From NCBI GenBank assembly GCA_003282485.1, contig QBZD01000003.1:6953-70952 (forward strand): a DNA stretch of 64,000 bases, written 5' to 3'. The notes beneath the pieces are model-generated. The model had not been told where the DNA came from. It saw only the letters and a list, made by a program, of their open reading frames with translations, and did not search any database. Positions 1 through 9,586 of the stretch are shown in pieces (the first letter of the stretch is position 1; each line of letters begins with the position of its first letter). The position numbers were made by a program, and so were the translations under genes. This DNA is from Pelagibacteraceae bacterium AG-333-C14 (GTDB lineage: Bacteria; Pseudomonadota; Alphaproteobacteria; Pelagibacterales; AG-422-B15).

Positions 1-969
1 GGCTATTATGCCTCCACCAGATTTTTCAAATGGCTCTATGAATTGGAACTCATTAGAGTGAAGATCAAACTTATACAATCTCTGTTTACAACTCCATGGT
101 GCATTTCTTCTCCAACTTAATTCCTTAGGTGCTTTAGTAAACCTACCATTAGGATGCGTTGAATATATTGCTCTTAGTGAGTCTATATCACCATTGTTCA
201 TTAACCACATCGATCCATCTGAAATACACCCATCCCAAGATAGCCCCTGATCATCATCAGTTGAACGATAAGTTGGTGACCAGCTCTCATCCACTGAGAG
301 CGTTTCTTCAACTTTGATTTTCCATATTTTTTCAATTCCAGGTATGTAGATAAATTCACCATCATCATTTTTATCTGAAGCTATTCTTCCCATGGAACCC
401 TCAGGCAGTACAAACGGCTCATGCAGTAATTCTAGTTTATCGTTCAAACGCGTGATGGTTGACCTGCCCTGCCCCTCTAGACGAAGGTCTTTAGTAACAA
501 TAGAACCATCAGATAAGACCAATAAGCCGTTATGTGCTTGGTCAACTGGAAGCTTTTTTTCAATTTCGACTTCACATTGATTAGATATACTATGCATAAA
601 ATTACCATTAACCTTGATAATATTTCCATTTTGATGAGCGGCAATAGCTCCACACCAAACATGGTCACCACAGGGTAGTTGAGGTGTCTCGTTAATAACT
701 TCTAGAGTTTGAGGATCAATTTTTTGAATCCATCCAAAAGGTGCTGCGCCAGTAAAACTTGGCATCGTACCTCCAAGAAAAAGTTCAGCTCGCTCTCGGA
801 AAATGGTCATTACATTCCATCTTTCATTACGAATACTTTTCACATTTGCTTGTTTATTTATTGCATCTAATCTTCCATTAGAAGCTTTTTGTCTTCGGTT
901 ACCTCCACATTCAACTGGCCAATGGGAATTGAAATATCCTTCAAGTTTAACGTCACGATCTTTGATCAT
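1..969 (-). CDS. Hypothetical protein, partial (runs off the left edge, at least 323 aa)
   Basis: Not in the ORF track. Manual translation gives an open frame from ATG at 969 (MIKDRDVKLEGYFNSHWPVECGGNRRQK...) to position 1; ATGA overlap with the GST stop. Confidence 0.85.
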   Translation of the reverse strand, partial: MIKDRDVKLEGYFNSHWPVECGGNRRQKASNGRLDAINKQANVKSIRNERWNVMTIFRERAELFLGGTMPSFTGAAPFGWIQKIDPQTLEVINETPQLPCGDHVWCGAIAAHQNGNIIKVNGNFMHSISNQCEVEIEKKLPVDQAHNGLLVLSDGSIVTKDLRLEGQGRSTITRLNDKLELLHEPFVLPEGSMGRIASDKNDDGEFIYIPGIEKIWKIKVEETLSVDESWSPTYRSTDDDQGLSWDGCISDGSMWLMNNGDIDSLRAIYSTHPNGRFTKAPKELSWRRNAPWSCKQRLYKFDLHSNEFQFIEPFEKSGGGIIA

Positions 970-1823
970 TGCTTTGGCATTAATGCCTTTATTGATTTTC
1001 CACTGAGTGCTGTACTTATTTTTGCATATTGCCTAATTATTTTTAAAATTAGAGGGTCATTTACTTCCTTATAAAATTCATTTCGTGAATAAAGATCTTC
1101 AAACCAAGTCAATACGTGTGGATATAATTTATGAAAAGGAAATCCAGATATGTATAGTCGATAAGAGTAAATAAACCATGCCAGGTCGAGCATCGAAAGC
1201 TTGTCACCCATTAAATATTTCTGATTAGTTAGATGACCTTCAAATTTGTTATAACGTTCACAAAATCTAACCAAGGACAGCTTTACAGACTCATTTGTAA
1301 TTCCTTCTTCACCGTAGGTCTCATAAAATGAGACCTCTTTCATCTTTAGTGTATCAAGTTCAGAATTAGATGATTTATAATTTTTAAATACTTCAAGTCC
1401 CTTGGAACTTTTCTTGCCTAAACCACCAAACATATAGCGATAAGCAATGTTTCTAATATCTTCATGAAGATCATCTTCATCTTTAAGAAGATTGTTCATA
1501 TTTTCTATTTCGGACTCGTCAACTAGGGGGTTTTGAGGATACTTTTTCTCAAGGTACATCAATATATCATTGCTCTCAATTTCAACATGCCCATCATCTA
1601 CAAGCACTGGAATGAGCCCCTTAGGATTAATTCCTAAAAACCATTCTGTGTAATTTTTTCCTGCTGCAAGATTTACACTATGCGAAGTCCAGCTAATTTT
1701 TTTTAAATTAAGATATATTCGAAGTTTCTGTGAGCAAGAAGATGTTCTAAAATTGAGTAAGTGTAACCCCTTCCAATCTAATATCTCTTTTGTTTTAACC
1801 TGTTCACTTGGAATAGTTGTCAT
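966..1823 (-). CDS. Glutathione S-transferase family protein
   Basis: SSCSQKLRI, INPKGLIPVL, IESNDILMYL and C-terminal YLMGDKLSMLDL GST motifs. Confidence 0.85.
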   Translation of the reverse strand: MTTIPSEQVKTKEILDWKGLHLLNFRTSSCSQKLRIYLNLKKISWTSHSVNLAAGKNYTEWFLGINPKGLIPVLVDDGHVEIESNDILMYLEKKYPQNPLVDESEIENMNNLLKDEDDLHEDIRNIAYRYMFGGLGKKSSKGLEVFKNYKSSNSELDTLKMKEVSFYETYGEEGITNESVKLSLVRFCERYNKFEGHLTNQKYLMGDKLSMLDLAWFIYSYRLYISGFPFHKLYPHVLTWFEDLYSRNEFYKEVNDPLILKIIRQYAKISTALSGKSIKALMPKQ

Positions 1824-1990
1824 TTATTTTTTCCCTTATTATTTTGCTTTGTGACTAAATAAGCTAGCACCAATATCACAGCTGTACCTGCCATCATGGA
1901 TATATCTATTGATAAACCAAAGCCCATTAGTATAAAGCCGGTTAATGCACCAATAAAAAATACTCCTATTATTTGCAGCACATTCTTCAT
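1820..1990 (-). CDS. Small membrane protein (56 aa, two hydrophobic segments)
   Basis: Manual translation MKNVLQIIGVFFIGALTGFILMGFGLSIDISMMAGTAVILVLAYLVTKQNNKGKNK; ATGA overlap with the GST start; fills the gap in an operon. Confidence 0.7.
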   Translation of the reverse strand: MKNVLQIIGVFFIGALTGFILMGFGLSIDISMMAGTAVILVLAYLVTKQNNKGKNK

Positions 1991-1999
1991 AAATTAATA

Positions 2000-3604
2000 T
2001 TACTCATTTGTTTTCAACCTTGTTCTCTGAATAATTATAACAGAAAATATTGGGACCAAAAGAGTGAGAAGTGTTACAACAATTAGTAAAATGCCCAATT
2101 CAGAGTAATCTGCAACTGAAAGAATTTCATTTGTAATCTTGTCTTTTACTTCCCTTGTGACCTCATAAATCTGGTTAAGGTATTTTGTAAACAATGAACT
2201 TGCGGATAGAGCAAGATTAGTAAAAGAGGCAAATACTGCGAAAAATGTCGCTTTAAGATGAGCGGGCGCATTTCTCGCAATCCAAGCAAGCAGTGGTATC
2301 ATCGATACTTGCCCCAAAGGCGATTCAAGCGCAGTATTAAAAATAGCTATGAAACGCGCATCAACTACATCATTTGTTAAGGAAGCTGTCCACTGATGAA
2401 ATCCATAATACATACCAACGCTTGGTAAAAATAAAACTGCACCAGCAATAGATAAAATAACAATTATTTTTGCAATCGAGTTATTTACCATAAACGGCCT
2501 TAAAACAATTATTCCCAGTAATGTTAGAAATGAAGCAAGAAAAGAAAGAACTGAAAAAAATTTTTCATCAAAACCTAAATTATCTATTTCAAACCAAGTC
2601 AAACCTGCACCAGGACCTGGCATTGCTCTAAAAATAAATATTATTATTGCAGTTCCTAAAATAGTTAGTCGCATTGATTCAGGTAACTCTCGCATTAACT
2701 TAGCCATCAAAAAGAAAATAATGCTTACTGATCCTACAAACACGATCTCTTGAGCATAAGGAAGATTAAAGCCACCTACAGTAAGAGTAAATATTACAAA
2801 AATTAGTGAGCCACCAAGTATCCACCAATCAACTTTTGTTTCCTCATTCTCTATCTTCTCTTCAACACCAGCATTTGATAATTTATTTCTTCTTTTGTTT
2901 TTAAGGTAAATTGAGAGAAATACACCTAGTACTGAAATTAAAGGGATGATCAATGCAAAGAGATAAATATTTGCATATAGCATTATTTTTTCTTGCTCTG
3001 TTTCAGCTTCAACGCTACTAAAAATGATTATATTAATTAAAGAAACAACAACAGTACCTCCAATGATTGCAAACCTTCCCAAAGTTTGCATTGTGGTATG
3101 CATATTTTTTATTAACTCAGGTGAATAAAGTTTGCCTTCTTCATCTAAACTTGGAACAGCTTCAACAGTCATTGCATCAGCTACGACGTCTTGCACAACA
3201 TATCCAATTGGTGCTAGCAATACACTGATCACATACCAGGTTTCAATATTAAGGAATTGTGACATAAACCCTGTGTGGCCAATTAGCCCATACATAATGC
3301 CTAGGCTTATGGCGAGTAATGAAGCTCCTATATATACAAGATAATTTTTTCGCTCCCAAATCAAATCAACTAAATGACCTATTGGCATTTTTAAGGCCCA
3401 CGGAATTCCAGCCCAAAAACCAAGGCCTGCAAGAAATGCAGCAGATAAGTTGAGATAGTCTTTGACAAAAAAAGTTCCAACTATTCCTGTTAGTCCAGCA
3501 ACACCAGCAGCTAAGTAAATCATGAGTGGTGGCAAGTAACTTAGCTTAAACTGCCTTCCTAGGTCTATAAATGTGCTTTCGATGAAATGATATAACTTAC
3601 TCAT
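2000..3604 (-). CDS. BT1 (folate-biopterin transporter)-like MFS permease
   Basis: Many TM helices; IPWALKMPIG and QDVVADAMTVE resemble BT1-family motifs. Confidence 0.7.
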   Translation of the reverse strand: MSKLYHFIESTFIDLGRQFKLSYLPPLMIYLAAGVAGLTGIVGTFFVKDYLNLSAAFLAGLGFWAGIPWALKMPIGHLVDLIWERKNYLVYIGASLLAISLGIMYGLIGHTGFMSQFLNIETWYVISVLLAPIGYVVQDVVADAMTVEAVPSLDEEGKLYSPELIKNMHTTMQTLGRFAIIGGTVVVSLINIIIFSSVEAETEQEKIMLYANIYLFALIIPLISVLGVFLSIYLKNKRRNKLSNAGVEEKIENEETKVDWWILGGSLIFVIFTLTVGGFNLPYAQEIVFVGSVSIIFFLMAKLMRELPESMRLTILGTAIIIFIFRAMPGPGAGLTWFEIDNLGFDEKFFSVLSFLASFLTLLGIIVLRPFMVNNSIAKIIVILSIAGAVLFLPSVGMYYGFHQWTASLTNDVVDARFIAIFNTALESPLGQVSMIPLLAWIARNAPAHLKATFFAVFASFTNLALSASSLFTKYLNQIYEVTREVKDKITNEILSVADYSELGILLIVVTLLTLLVPIFSVIIIQRTRLKTNE

Positions 3605-3620
3605 GCACGAATTATATATT

Positions 3621-4181
3621 TTAAATTTGTTCTAACAACTGACTGTTATTATTTTTTGGACTATTTATTTGTTTAGATATCTCATAAAAGTTAACTTGAT
3701 CATCTTTTTTTCTTTCTATTTGATGCTTGCCCGATATCCATTCACCTATCTGTTTTTCTTCTAACAACAATGGCTGACGATGATGAACTTGAGCAATATG
3801 TTGAGATGATTGACAAGTTACCACCGCGCATCCACTTGTTAAATTGTAAATTCCAGCAAAATAAATGAGTTCAGTCTTTATAGAATGAAAAAAAGGTTTT
3901 TTTTCGTTTTTTAATCTTTGCCATTCAATCCATCCATTTGCGACAAAAACACATCGCATGGAACCTTTAAAAGACGGCTTCTCAAGCAACGTTTCGTGGC
4001 GGCAATTAATAAGTTTCATGTCCTCTTTCCATTTTGGAGAATAAGACCACTTAATCATTTCAGGATTTGGTTTGAGTACTAGAACATCTTGTGATGGCGC
4101 AATATTAAATGATGCTGATACTTTAGTTTTAAATTTTTCTCTAACTGCTCCTGTATCTGAAAGTACGTAACGCCCACACAT
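3621..4181 (-). CDS. SRAP/HMCES (YedK-like) abasic-site protection protein
   Basis: N-terminal MCGRY (catalytic Cys2), FNIAPSQ, GWIEW, HHRQP. Confidence 0.9.
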   Translation of the reverse strand: MCGRYVLSDTGAVREKFKTKVSASFNIAPSQDVLVLKPNPEMIKWSYSPKWKEDMKLINCRHETLLEKPSFKGSMRCVFVANGWIEWQRLKNEKKPFFHSIKTELIYFAGIYNLTSGCAVVTCQSSQHIAQVHHRQPLLLEEKQIGEWISGKHQIERKKDDQVNFYEISKQINSPKNNNSQLLEQI

Positions 4182-4723
4182 CAGACTAGTAAATCATTAA
4201 TTAATTTTAATCTGTCTTGAGATTTCTTGCTTGAAGGAATAATTTCTAAAATTCGCCTATAAATTACTGCGGCACCTACGAGGTCATCTTGCATTAGGTA
4301 AATTTCGGCTAAACCGTCAAGTGCGCCAAAATGACGAGGCTCTAGATTTAACGTCTTTTCAATATCTGATATAGATTTGTTTAATTCACCTTTTAAAAAA
4401 TAAACAGTAGCTCTTTTGTTCCACCCTTCAGCAAACTCTGGGCTTTGCTTGACAACTTTTGTGAATAATTCGATTGCATTATCTAGTTCTCCAACATCCA
4501 TGGATTTATTGGCTTCATCAAATATAATTTGAGTTTCTTGGTTATCGGCTATAGACCATATATCCCAAATATTAAACAGAAGCTTACTAGCTTCCATATT
4601 ATTTGTGCTTAAAAATAATTTATTAAAAAGTTCAATTAAGCGTTCATCTTTTTGATCCGCCTGAGCAAAATTAGAAAAAAGAATTATAAGGATAATTAAC
4701 CTTTTCAATTTAAATCTCTCCAA
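4181..4723 (-). CDS. Secreted TPR protein
   Basis: Signal-peptide-like N-terminus; TPR motifs AEGWNKRATVYF and EPRHFGALDGL. Confidence 0.8.
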   Translation of the reverse strand: MERFKLKRLIILIILFSNFAQADQKDERLIELFNKLFLSTNNMEASKLLFNIWDIWSIADNQETQIIFDEANKSMDVGELDNAIELFTKVVKQSPEFAEGWNKRATVYFLKGELNKSISDIEKTLNLEPRHFGALDGLAEIYLMQDDLVGAAVIYRRILEIIPSSKKSQDRLKLINDLLV

Positions 4724-6021
4724 TATTTTTGGTATTTTTTACTGTTGGCGGAATCTTCTCTAAAATGATCAAATAAAGCTTTTGTAAGACTGAGTTTATT
4801 ATTTACTTCTTCACCATTAGCCATTTTTAAAATTTGTCGATAGCACCAATATACTTGAGCTGCTTTATTGTTAGACCTCATCAATGCAATCGGACTGTTT
4901 AGGCCGAATATCCAAGGTCCAAATTGAAGAATATTTTCATAAAGTGCAGCTGATTTTCTTTCACCACTTATCAATTCATTAACGATTTCAGGTTCGGAAC
5001 ATAAAGGTCTTCCAAGACCTATAACATCACAGGCCCCACTATTGAGTGCACTATTCATTCCATCGGCAGTGCGAAAACCTCCAGTTACAGCAAGAGGAAT
5101 TGAGAGAAACTTCTTGATTTCCTCTGCATATTTCAAAAAATAAGCCTCTCGAACAAATGTGCTTCTTTGAGGTTTTATTGTTTTCATTTTTTTTAGGTTG
5201 AAAGAATCAATCTCTAAAGCTGCAAAATTTTCATATGTTCCGCCAGAAATCTCAAGCAAGTCCAATGAAGTTGAATTTAGTAGTTTCGCAACTTCAATAC
5301 TTTCTTCATGAGTAAAACCACCTTTTTGAAAATCTGATGAGTTTAATTTTATAGATATAGGGTAGTTATTTCCAACTTTTGCCCTTATCCCATCAATAAT
5401 ACACATCAACAATCTTGATCTATTTTCAATGCTGCCACCCCATTGATCAGTTCTATTATTAATATTTGGAGACAAAAATTCTGATAACAAATATCCATGC
5501 GCTGAGTGTAGTTGTACTCCAGTAAAACCAGTCTGTTTTGCAATTTCAGCAGCATTAATAAATCGATCAATGATATCTAGAATCTGAGAATGTGAGAGTT
5601 CCTCAGGAACTCCAAATTTCAAAACTCCACCTAACGTTGGCATAGGTTTAACTGAGGGAGCTACAGATTTTTTATTTATAGAATATGGGGTTTGACGCCC
5701 AGCATGACTTAGTTGCATCCATAATTGAGTATTATTTTGAGTCCCTGCTTTAGACCAATCTGCTAAAGATGCTAAACTTTCGTTACTTTGGTTACCCTCA
5801 ATAATGACATTTCCAGCCCTTTCAATATAACGATGATCTACCTGTACATTCCCAGTAATACAAATGCCTGTTCCACCTTTAGCCCATCTATCGTAGAGGT
5901 TGGCATGCTTCTTATTGGCGACTGCATCACTGTTAGCGAGGCCCTCAGTCATCGCTGATTTTAGAAACCTATTCTTTATCTCAACTCCACAAGGAAGCTC
6001 TAAATTCTCATTTATTTTCAT
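4705..6021 (-). CDS. NADH:flavin oxidoreductase / old yellow enzyme family
   Basis: NRFLKSAMTE, QLSHAGRQ, LHSAHGYLLSEFLSP, NNRTDQWGGSIENR. Confidence 0.9.
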   Translation of the reverse strand: MKINENLELPCGVEIKNRFLKSAMTEGLANSDAVANKKHANLYDRWAKGGTGICITGNVQVDHRYIERAGNVIIEGNQSNESLASLADWSKAGTQNNTQLWMQLSHAGRQTPYSINKKSVAPSVKPMPTLGGVLKFGVPEELSHSQILDIIDRFINAAEIAKQTGFTGVQLHSAHGYLLSEFLSPNINNRTDQWGGSIENRSRLLMCIIDGIRAKVGNNYPISIKLNSSDFQKGGFTHEESIEVAKLLNSTSLDLLEISGGTYENFAALEIDSFNLKKMKTIKPQRSTFVREAYFLKYAEEIKKFLSIPLAVTGGFRTADGMNSALNSGACDVIGLGRPLCSEPEIVNELISGERKSAALYENILQFGPWIFGLNSPIALMRSNNKAAQVYWCYRQILKMANGEEVNNKLSLTKALFDHFREDSANSKKYQKYWRDLN

Positions 6022-6115
6022 TTTTTTATCTTAGTAAATATAGAGTAAAAACAAATGACTTATAGAGTTTTATAGAAAAATGTTCTTTTAAACCCAGCCA
6101 CGATGACAATATTTT

Positions 6116-6169
6116 TCAAACAACCCAGACTTAGTTGGATAAGTTACATCCAATGCTGAGCTTGTTTGA
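6116..6169 (-). other. Long imperfect intergenic hairpin
   Basis: TCAAACAA (6116-6123)/TTGTTTGA (6162-6169) outer stem, CUCAG/CUGGG middle stem and UUGGAU/AUCCAA inner stem on the minus-strand transcript. Confidence 0.6.
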
Positions 6170-6189
6170 GTATCGATTTATGATCCTTA

Positions 6190-6852
6190 TTACTTTGAAG
6201 GATCGGGCACCTTACGTAAATAAGGTTTTACAGTTTCCCACCCATCAGGATATATTTTTTCTGCATCCTCATTTTTAACTGCAGGAAGTATTACAACATC
6301 TTCTCCTTTTTGCCAATTAGCTGGAGTTGCAACTTTATGATTAGCTGTAAGTTGCATAGAATCAATTGCTCGTAATATTTCATGAAAATTCCTGCCAGTA
6401 GCCATCGGATATGTAAGATATAAACCAATTCTTTTATCTGGTCTTACAACAAATATTGTACGAACAGTTTCATTGTCTACAGCAGTTCTACCCATTGATG
6501 ATGTACCAGCATCACCTTCGAGCATATTAAAAAGTTTTGCAACTTTTAAATCTTCATCGGCAATGATTGGATAGGTTGGCCTGATACCTGAAACATCTTT
6601 AATATCGTCTAACCATTTTACATGATCTTCAACTCCATCAACACTCAGTCCAATTACTTTTACATTTCGTTTATCGAATTCATCTTTCATTCCAGCCAAT
6701 ACACCTAGTTCTGTCGTACAAACGGGTGTGAAATCCTTAGGGTGTGAAAACAACACCCCCCAACTATCTCCTAGCCATTCATGAAAAGATATGTCCCCTT
6801 CTGAAGTCTTAGCTTCAAAATCTGGACACATACTATTAATTTTTAAAGTCAT
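6190..6852 (-). CDS. 1-Cys peroxiredoxin (Prx6 type)
   Basis: FSHPKDFTPVCTTE signature; YPMATGRNFHEILR. Confidence 0.93.
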   Translation of the reverse strand: MTLKINSMCPDFEAKTSEGDISFHEWLGDSWGVLFSHPKDFTPVCTTELGVLAGMKDEFDKRNVKVIGLSVDGVEDHVKWLDDIKDVSGIRPTYPIIADEDLKVAKLFNMLEGDAGTSSMGRTAVDNETVRTIFVVRPDKRIGLYLTYPMATGRNFHEILRAIDSMQLTANHKVATPANWQKGEDVVILPAVKNEDAEKIYPDGWETVKPYLRKVPDPSK

Positions 6853-6931
6853 TTAATTCCCCTTTATTAATTTAGAATTATTATAAACAAGATTGCTTTC
6901 TGTTCAATTTTTTATAAGATGTTGATTCAAA

Positions 6932-7624
6932 ATGATTTTTAAACAACTTTTTGACGAGAAATCATCTACTTACACGTATATCGTTGCAAGCGGTAAGGGT
7001 CGTGAAGCCTTAATAATTGATCCAGTAATAGAACATACATCAATTTATACTAATTTGCTAAATGACTTTGATTTAAGGTTGGTAAAAGTTATCGACACTC
7101 ATATACACGCTGATCATATTTCTGCTATGGCAGAATTAAAAGAGAGAACAAATTGTGAAACAGTTATGGGAGAGCACACGAAATCTGAAGTAGTTAGCTT
7201 GAAGGTAAAGGACAATGAAAAGATAAATATAGACGGAATTGTTTTACAAGCTCTTTATACTCCGGGACACACAGATGATTCATATTGTTTTACTATGAAA
7301 GATCGAATTTTCACTGGTGATACACTTTTGATTAATGGAACAGGAAGAACCGATTTCCAAAATGGTAATTCCAAAGATGCTTATCATTCACTTTTCAAAC
7401 GTTTATTGATACTTCCTGAAGAGACTTTAGTTTATCCAGCACATGACTATAAAGGTAATAAGCACTCATCTATTGGCAATGAGAAGAAAAACAACCCGCG
7501 TCTTCAGGTAAACAGTGCTGAAGAGTATGCTGAGATAATGGATAATTTAAATTTGGCTAATCCTCAAATGATGGATATTGCCGTTCCTGCAAACTTAAAT
7601 GGGCTGAAGTTGAGAAAAATTTAA
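6932..7624 (+). CDS. Persulfide dioxygenase, ETHE1-like MBL-fold protein
   Basis: SSTYTY, THIHADH, TPGHT, GRTDFQ, PAHDY, NPRL; no rhodanese fusion. Confidence 0.85.
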   Translation: MIFKQLFDEKSSTYTYIVASGKGREALIIDPVIEHTSIYTNLLNDFDLRLVKVIDTHIHADHISAMAELKERTNCETVMGEHTKSEVVSLKVKDNEKINIDGIVLQALYTPGHTDDSYCFTMKDRIFTGDTLLINGTGRTDFQNGNSKDAYHSLFKRLLILPEETLVYPAHDYKGNKHSSIGNEKKNNPRLQVNSAEEYAEIMDNLNLANPQMMDIAVPANLNGLKLRKI

Positions 7625-7638
7625 TACTTTAAATTAAA

Positions 7639-8625
7639 TTAGTTATTTTTTATAAAAACTTCAATATCATTTGCTAGCTGTTCAGGAATTTCCATGGGTG
7701 GCATATGTCCTACATTAGGATATGAAATTAATTCTACATTTGGAATTTGTTCTACAAAATGATCAATAAATTTTATATCAACAAGATTATCTTCTTCGCC
7801 ATGAAGAATTAGTGATGGGACATTTATTTTTCTCAAATCTAATGGATTAGCGATGAAATTTGTTTCAAGATCTTCGGCAAGCATGCCAATAGCAACCCTG
7901 GTTCCTTCCATCAAAATTATATCATGAAATTGATCCACAAGTTCTTCTGTCACTATAGATTGATCATACACAGTCTGCGAGACTCCTTCTTTAACTAAAA
8001 TTCTAGGTGTTAAAAATTCTAACAATCTAATAAATAATTTTGACTCAATCAGCTCGAATGCTAAGGGAGGGGCATTAATCAATTGAAAATCGTTGAATTC
8101 TTGCTCATTAGCAAAAAATGCAGATCCAACAATAATTAATCCATTCAATTGATCTATATTTCTTAATGCATACCTCCAAGCAATCATACCTCCCATGGAA
8201 TGGCCAACTAAATAGAATTTATCAATTTCTAATATCTCAACGACCTCCTCTATCACTCTTTCATATGCCTCTTGATTATATAGATCTGAATTTACTGCTC
8301 CTGTTAAGCCATGAGCTGGAAGATCTAGAGAAATTATTCTGTATTCATTACTTAAAAAGGGCACTAACGCCTCATAATTAAATAGTGATCCGTTAAATCC
8401 ATGAACCATTACTAAGATCTTACCTTCTTTATTACCTTCATCTCTAAAATGTATTTTAGAGCCATCAGCTAATTCAAGAAATTCAGATGCTCCAATGGCA
8501 TGTTTTGAGATAATTTCACTTTTTGGAATATCAAAATAAAAAGAATTATATAATCCAAATATCAATAAGATAAAAAAAATTATAGAAGTGATTTTGATCG
8601 TCTTAATAATATTTTTATATCTCAT
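7639..8625 (-). CDS. Alpha/beta hydrolase with N-terminal membrane anchor
   Basis: HGF, DLPAHG, GHSMGG nucleophile elbow, GHMP. Start moved to the ATG at 8625 (MRYKN) to avoid a long overlap with tauD. Confidence 0.85.
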   Translation of the reverse strand: MRYKNIIKTIKITSIIFFILLIFGLYNSFYFDIPKSEIISKHAIGASEFLELADGSKIHFRDEGNKEGKILVMVHGFNGSLFNYEALVPFLSNEYRIISLDLPAHGLTGAVNSDLYNQEAYERVIEEVVEILEIDKFYLVGHSMGGMIAWRYALRNIDQLNGLIIVGSAFFANEQEFNDFQLINAPPLAFELIESKLFIRLLEFLTPRILVKEGVSQTVYDQSIVTEELVDQFHDIILMEGTRVAIGMLAEDLETNFIANPLDLRKINVPSLILHGEEDNLVDIKFIDHFVEQIPNVELISYPNVGHMPPMEIPEQLANDIEVFIKNN

Positions 8626-9463
8626 AAGCTGCGATTGTTGTTCGATGTAAAAGTCTCTCTTGACCTTCATAGCCTCCTGTGGCCCTGTGCAAAACACTTC
8701 TGTTATCCCACATAATTAACATATCTTTTTTCCATTGGTGCTTATAAATAAACTCTTCCTGACACTGCCAAGCACTTAATTCCATTAGTAGTTTCATCGC
8801 ATCTTGGCTATTCATGCCATCAATACCAATGATGTAACCTATTGTACCATAAATCCCCTCACGTTTTGTCTCAGGATGCTTCTTTATTATAGGATGTAAT
8901 TGTTTTGAAAATGCTTCATCAGATGCACGTATATCCATACTTCGTCCCATTTCTTTATCTTTGTCTCCATATCCTCCTCCTGGCGAATAAGGAACCAAAG
9001 CTGAATGAATTGCATTTTTACCCTCAAGTTTTTTTCTAAGCGAGGATGGTATTTTTTCTAATGCCATGTGTTGATTGGCAAATAAAGTATCGCCACCTTT
9101 AGTTGGAATAATTTTTCCATAAAGGCAGGTACCTGCTGGAGGGTTTTCTTGAAAACTCCAATCTGTATGCCAATTGTCCGCAAAAATTGGAACCTTCTCA
9201 TCCGCTTCTCTTTTAACAGCAATAATATTTTTTCTACCTGGAATTGGCGCTATGAAAGGATCATTTCCAAATGAACCAAAGCAAAGAGTAAAGCGTTCAA
9301 GAGCATCATCATCTAAAGATTGATTTGGAAAGCTCAGCACGTGGTGCTCAAGCCACAAATCTCTTATATCTGAGATCTGACTCTCCAGGAGCTCTCTTGT
9401 CAAATCAATTCCTGAGATTTCAGCGCCACAAGCTTGATCAGAAATAGCCACATTAAAACTCAT
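8615..9463 (-). CDS. TauD/TfdA family 2OG-Fe(II) dioxygenase
   Basis: WHTD, GGDTLF, WDNRSVLHRA, RLLHRTTI. Confidence 0.92.
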   Translation of the reverse strand: MSFNVAISDQACGAEISGIDLTRELLESQISDIRDLWLEHHVLSFPNQSLDDDALERFTLCFGSFGNDPFIAPIPGRKNIIAVKREADEKVPIFADNWHTDWSFQENPPAGTCLYGKIIPTKGGDTLFANQHMALEKIPSSLRKKLEGKNAIHSALVPYSPGGGYGDKDKEMGRSMDIRASDEAFSKQLHPIIKKHPETKREGIYGTIGYIIGIDGMNSQDAMKLLMELSAWQCQEEFIYKHQWKKDMLIMWDNRSVLHRATGGYEGQERLLHRTTIAAYEI

Positions 9464-9509
9464 AATTAATTAGGCTATTCAATAATCTTCATTTTGTAAA
9501 TGTAGAGAT

Positions 9510-9558
9510 TTTGGTGGGCCCACTAGGACTCGAACCTAGGACAACTCCGTTATGAGCG
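9510..9558 (-). repeat. att-site duplication: 3' 47 nt of tRNA-Ile2 plus 2 nt
   Basis: 49-bp exact copy of 10214-10262 (TTTGGTGGGCCC...TTATGAGCG); identity stops 2 nt beyond the anticodon loop. Confidence 0.95.
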
Positions 9559-9573
9559 TGGCGTATGAACAAC

Positions 9574-9586
9574 TATCAAATGTTTC
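9574..9586 (+). promoter_or_regulatory. Near-consensus IHF site, left arm of the mini-element
   Basis: TATCAAATGTTTC against WATCAANNNNTTR (one mismatch); lies between the core and the arm repeats. Confidence 0.4.

Noticed and set aside
9512-9558. Second tRNA gene
   Set aside because: Lacks the 5' acceptor strand, the D arm and most of the 5' anticodon stem; it is an att duplication.
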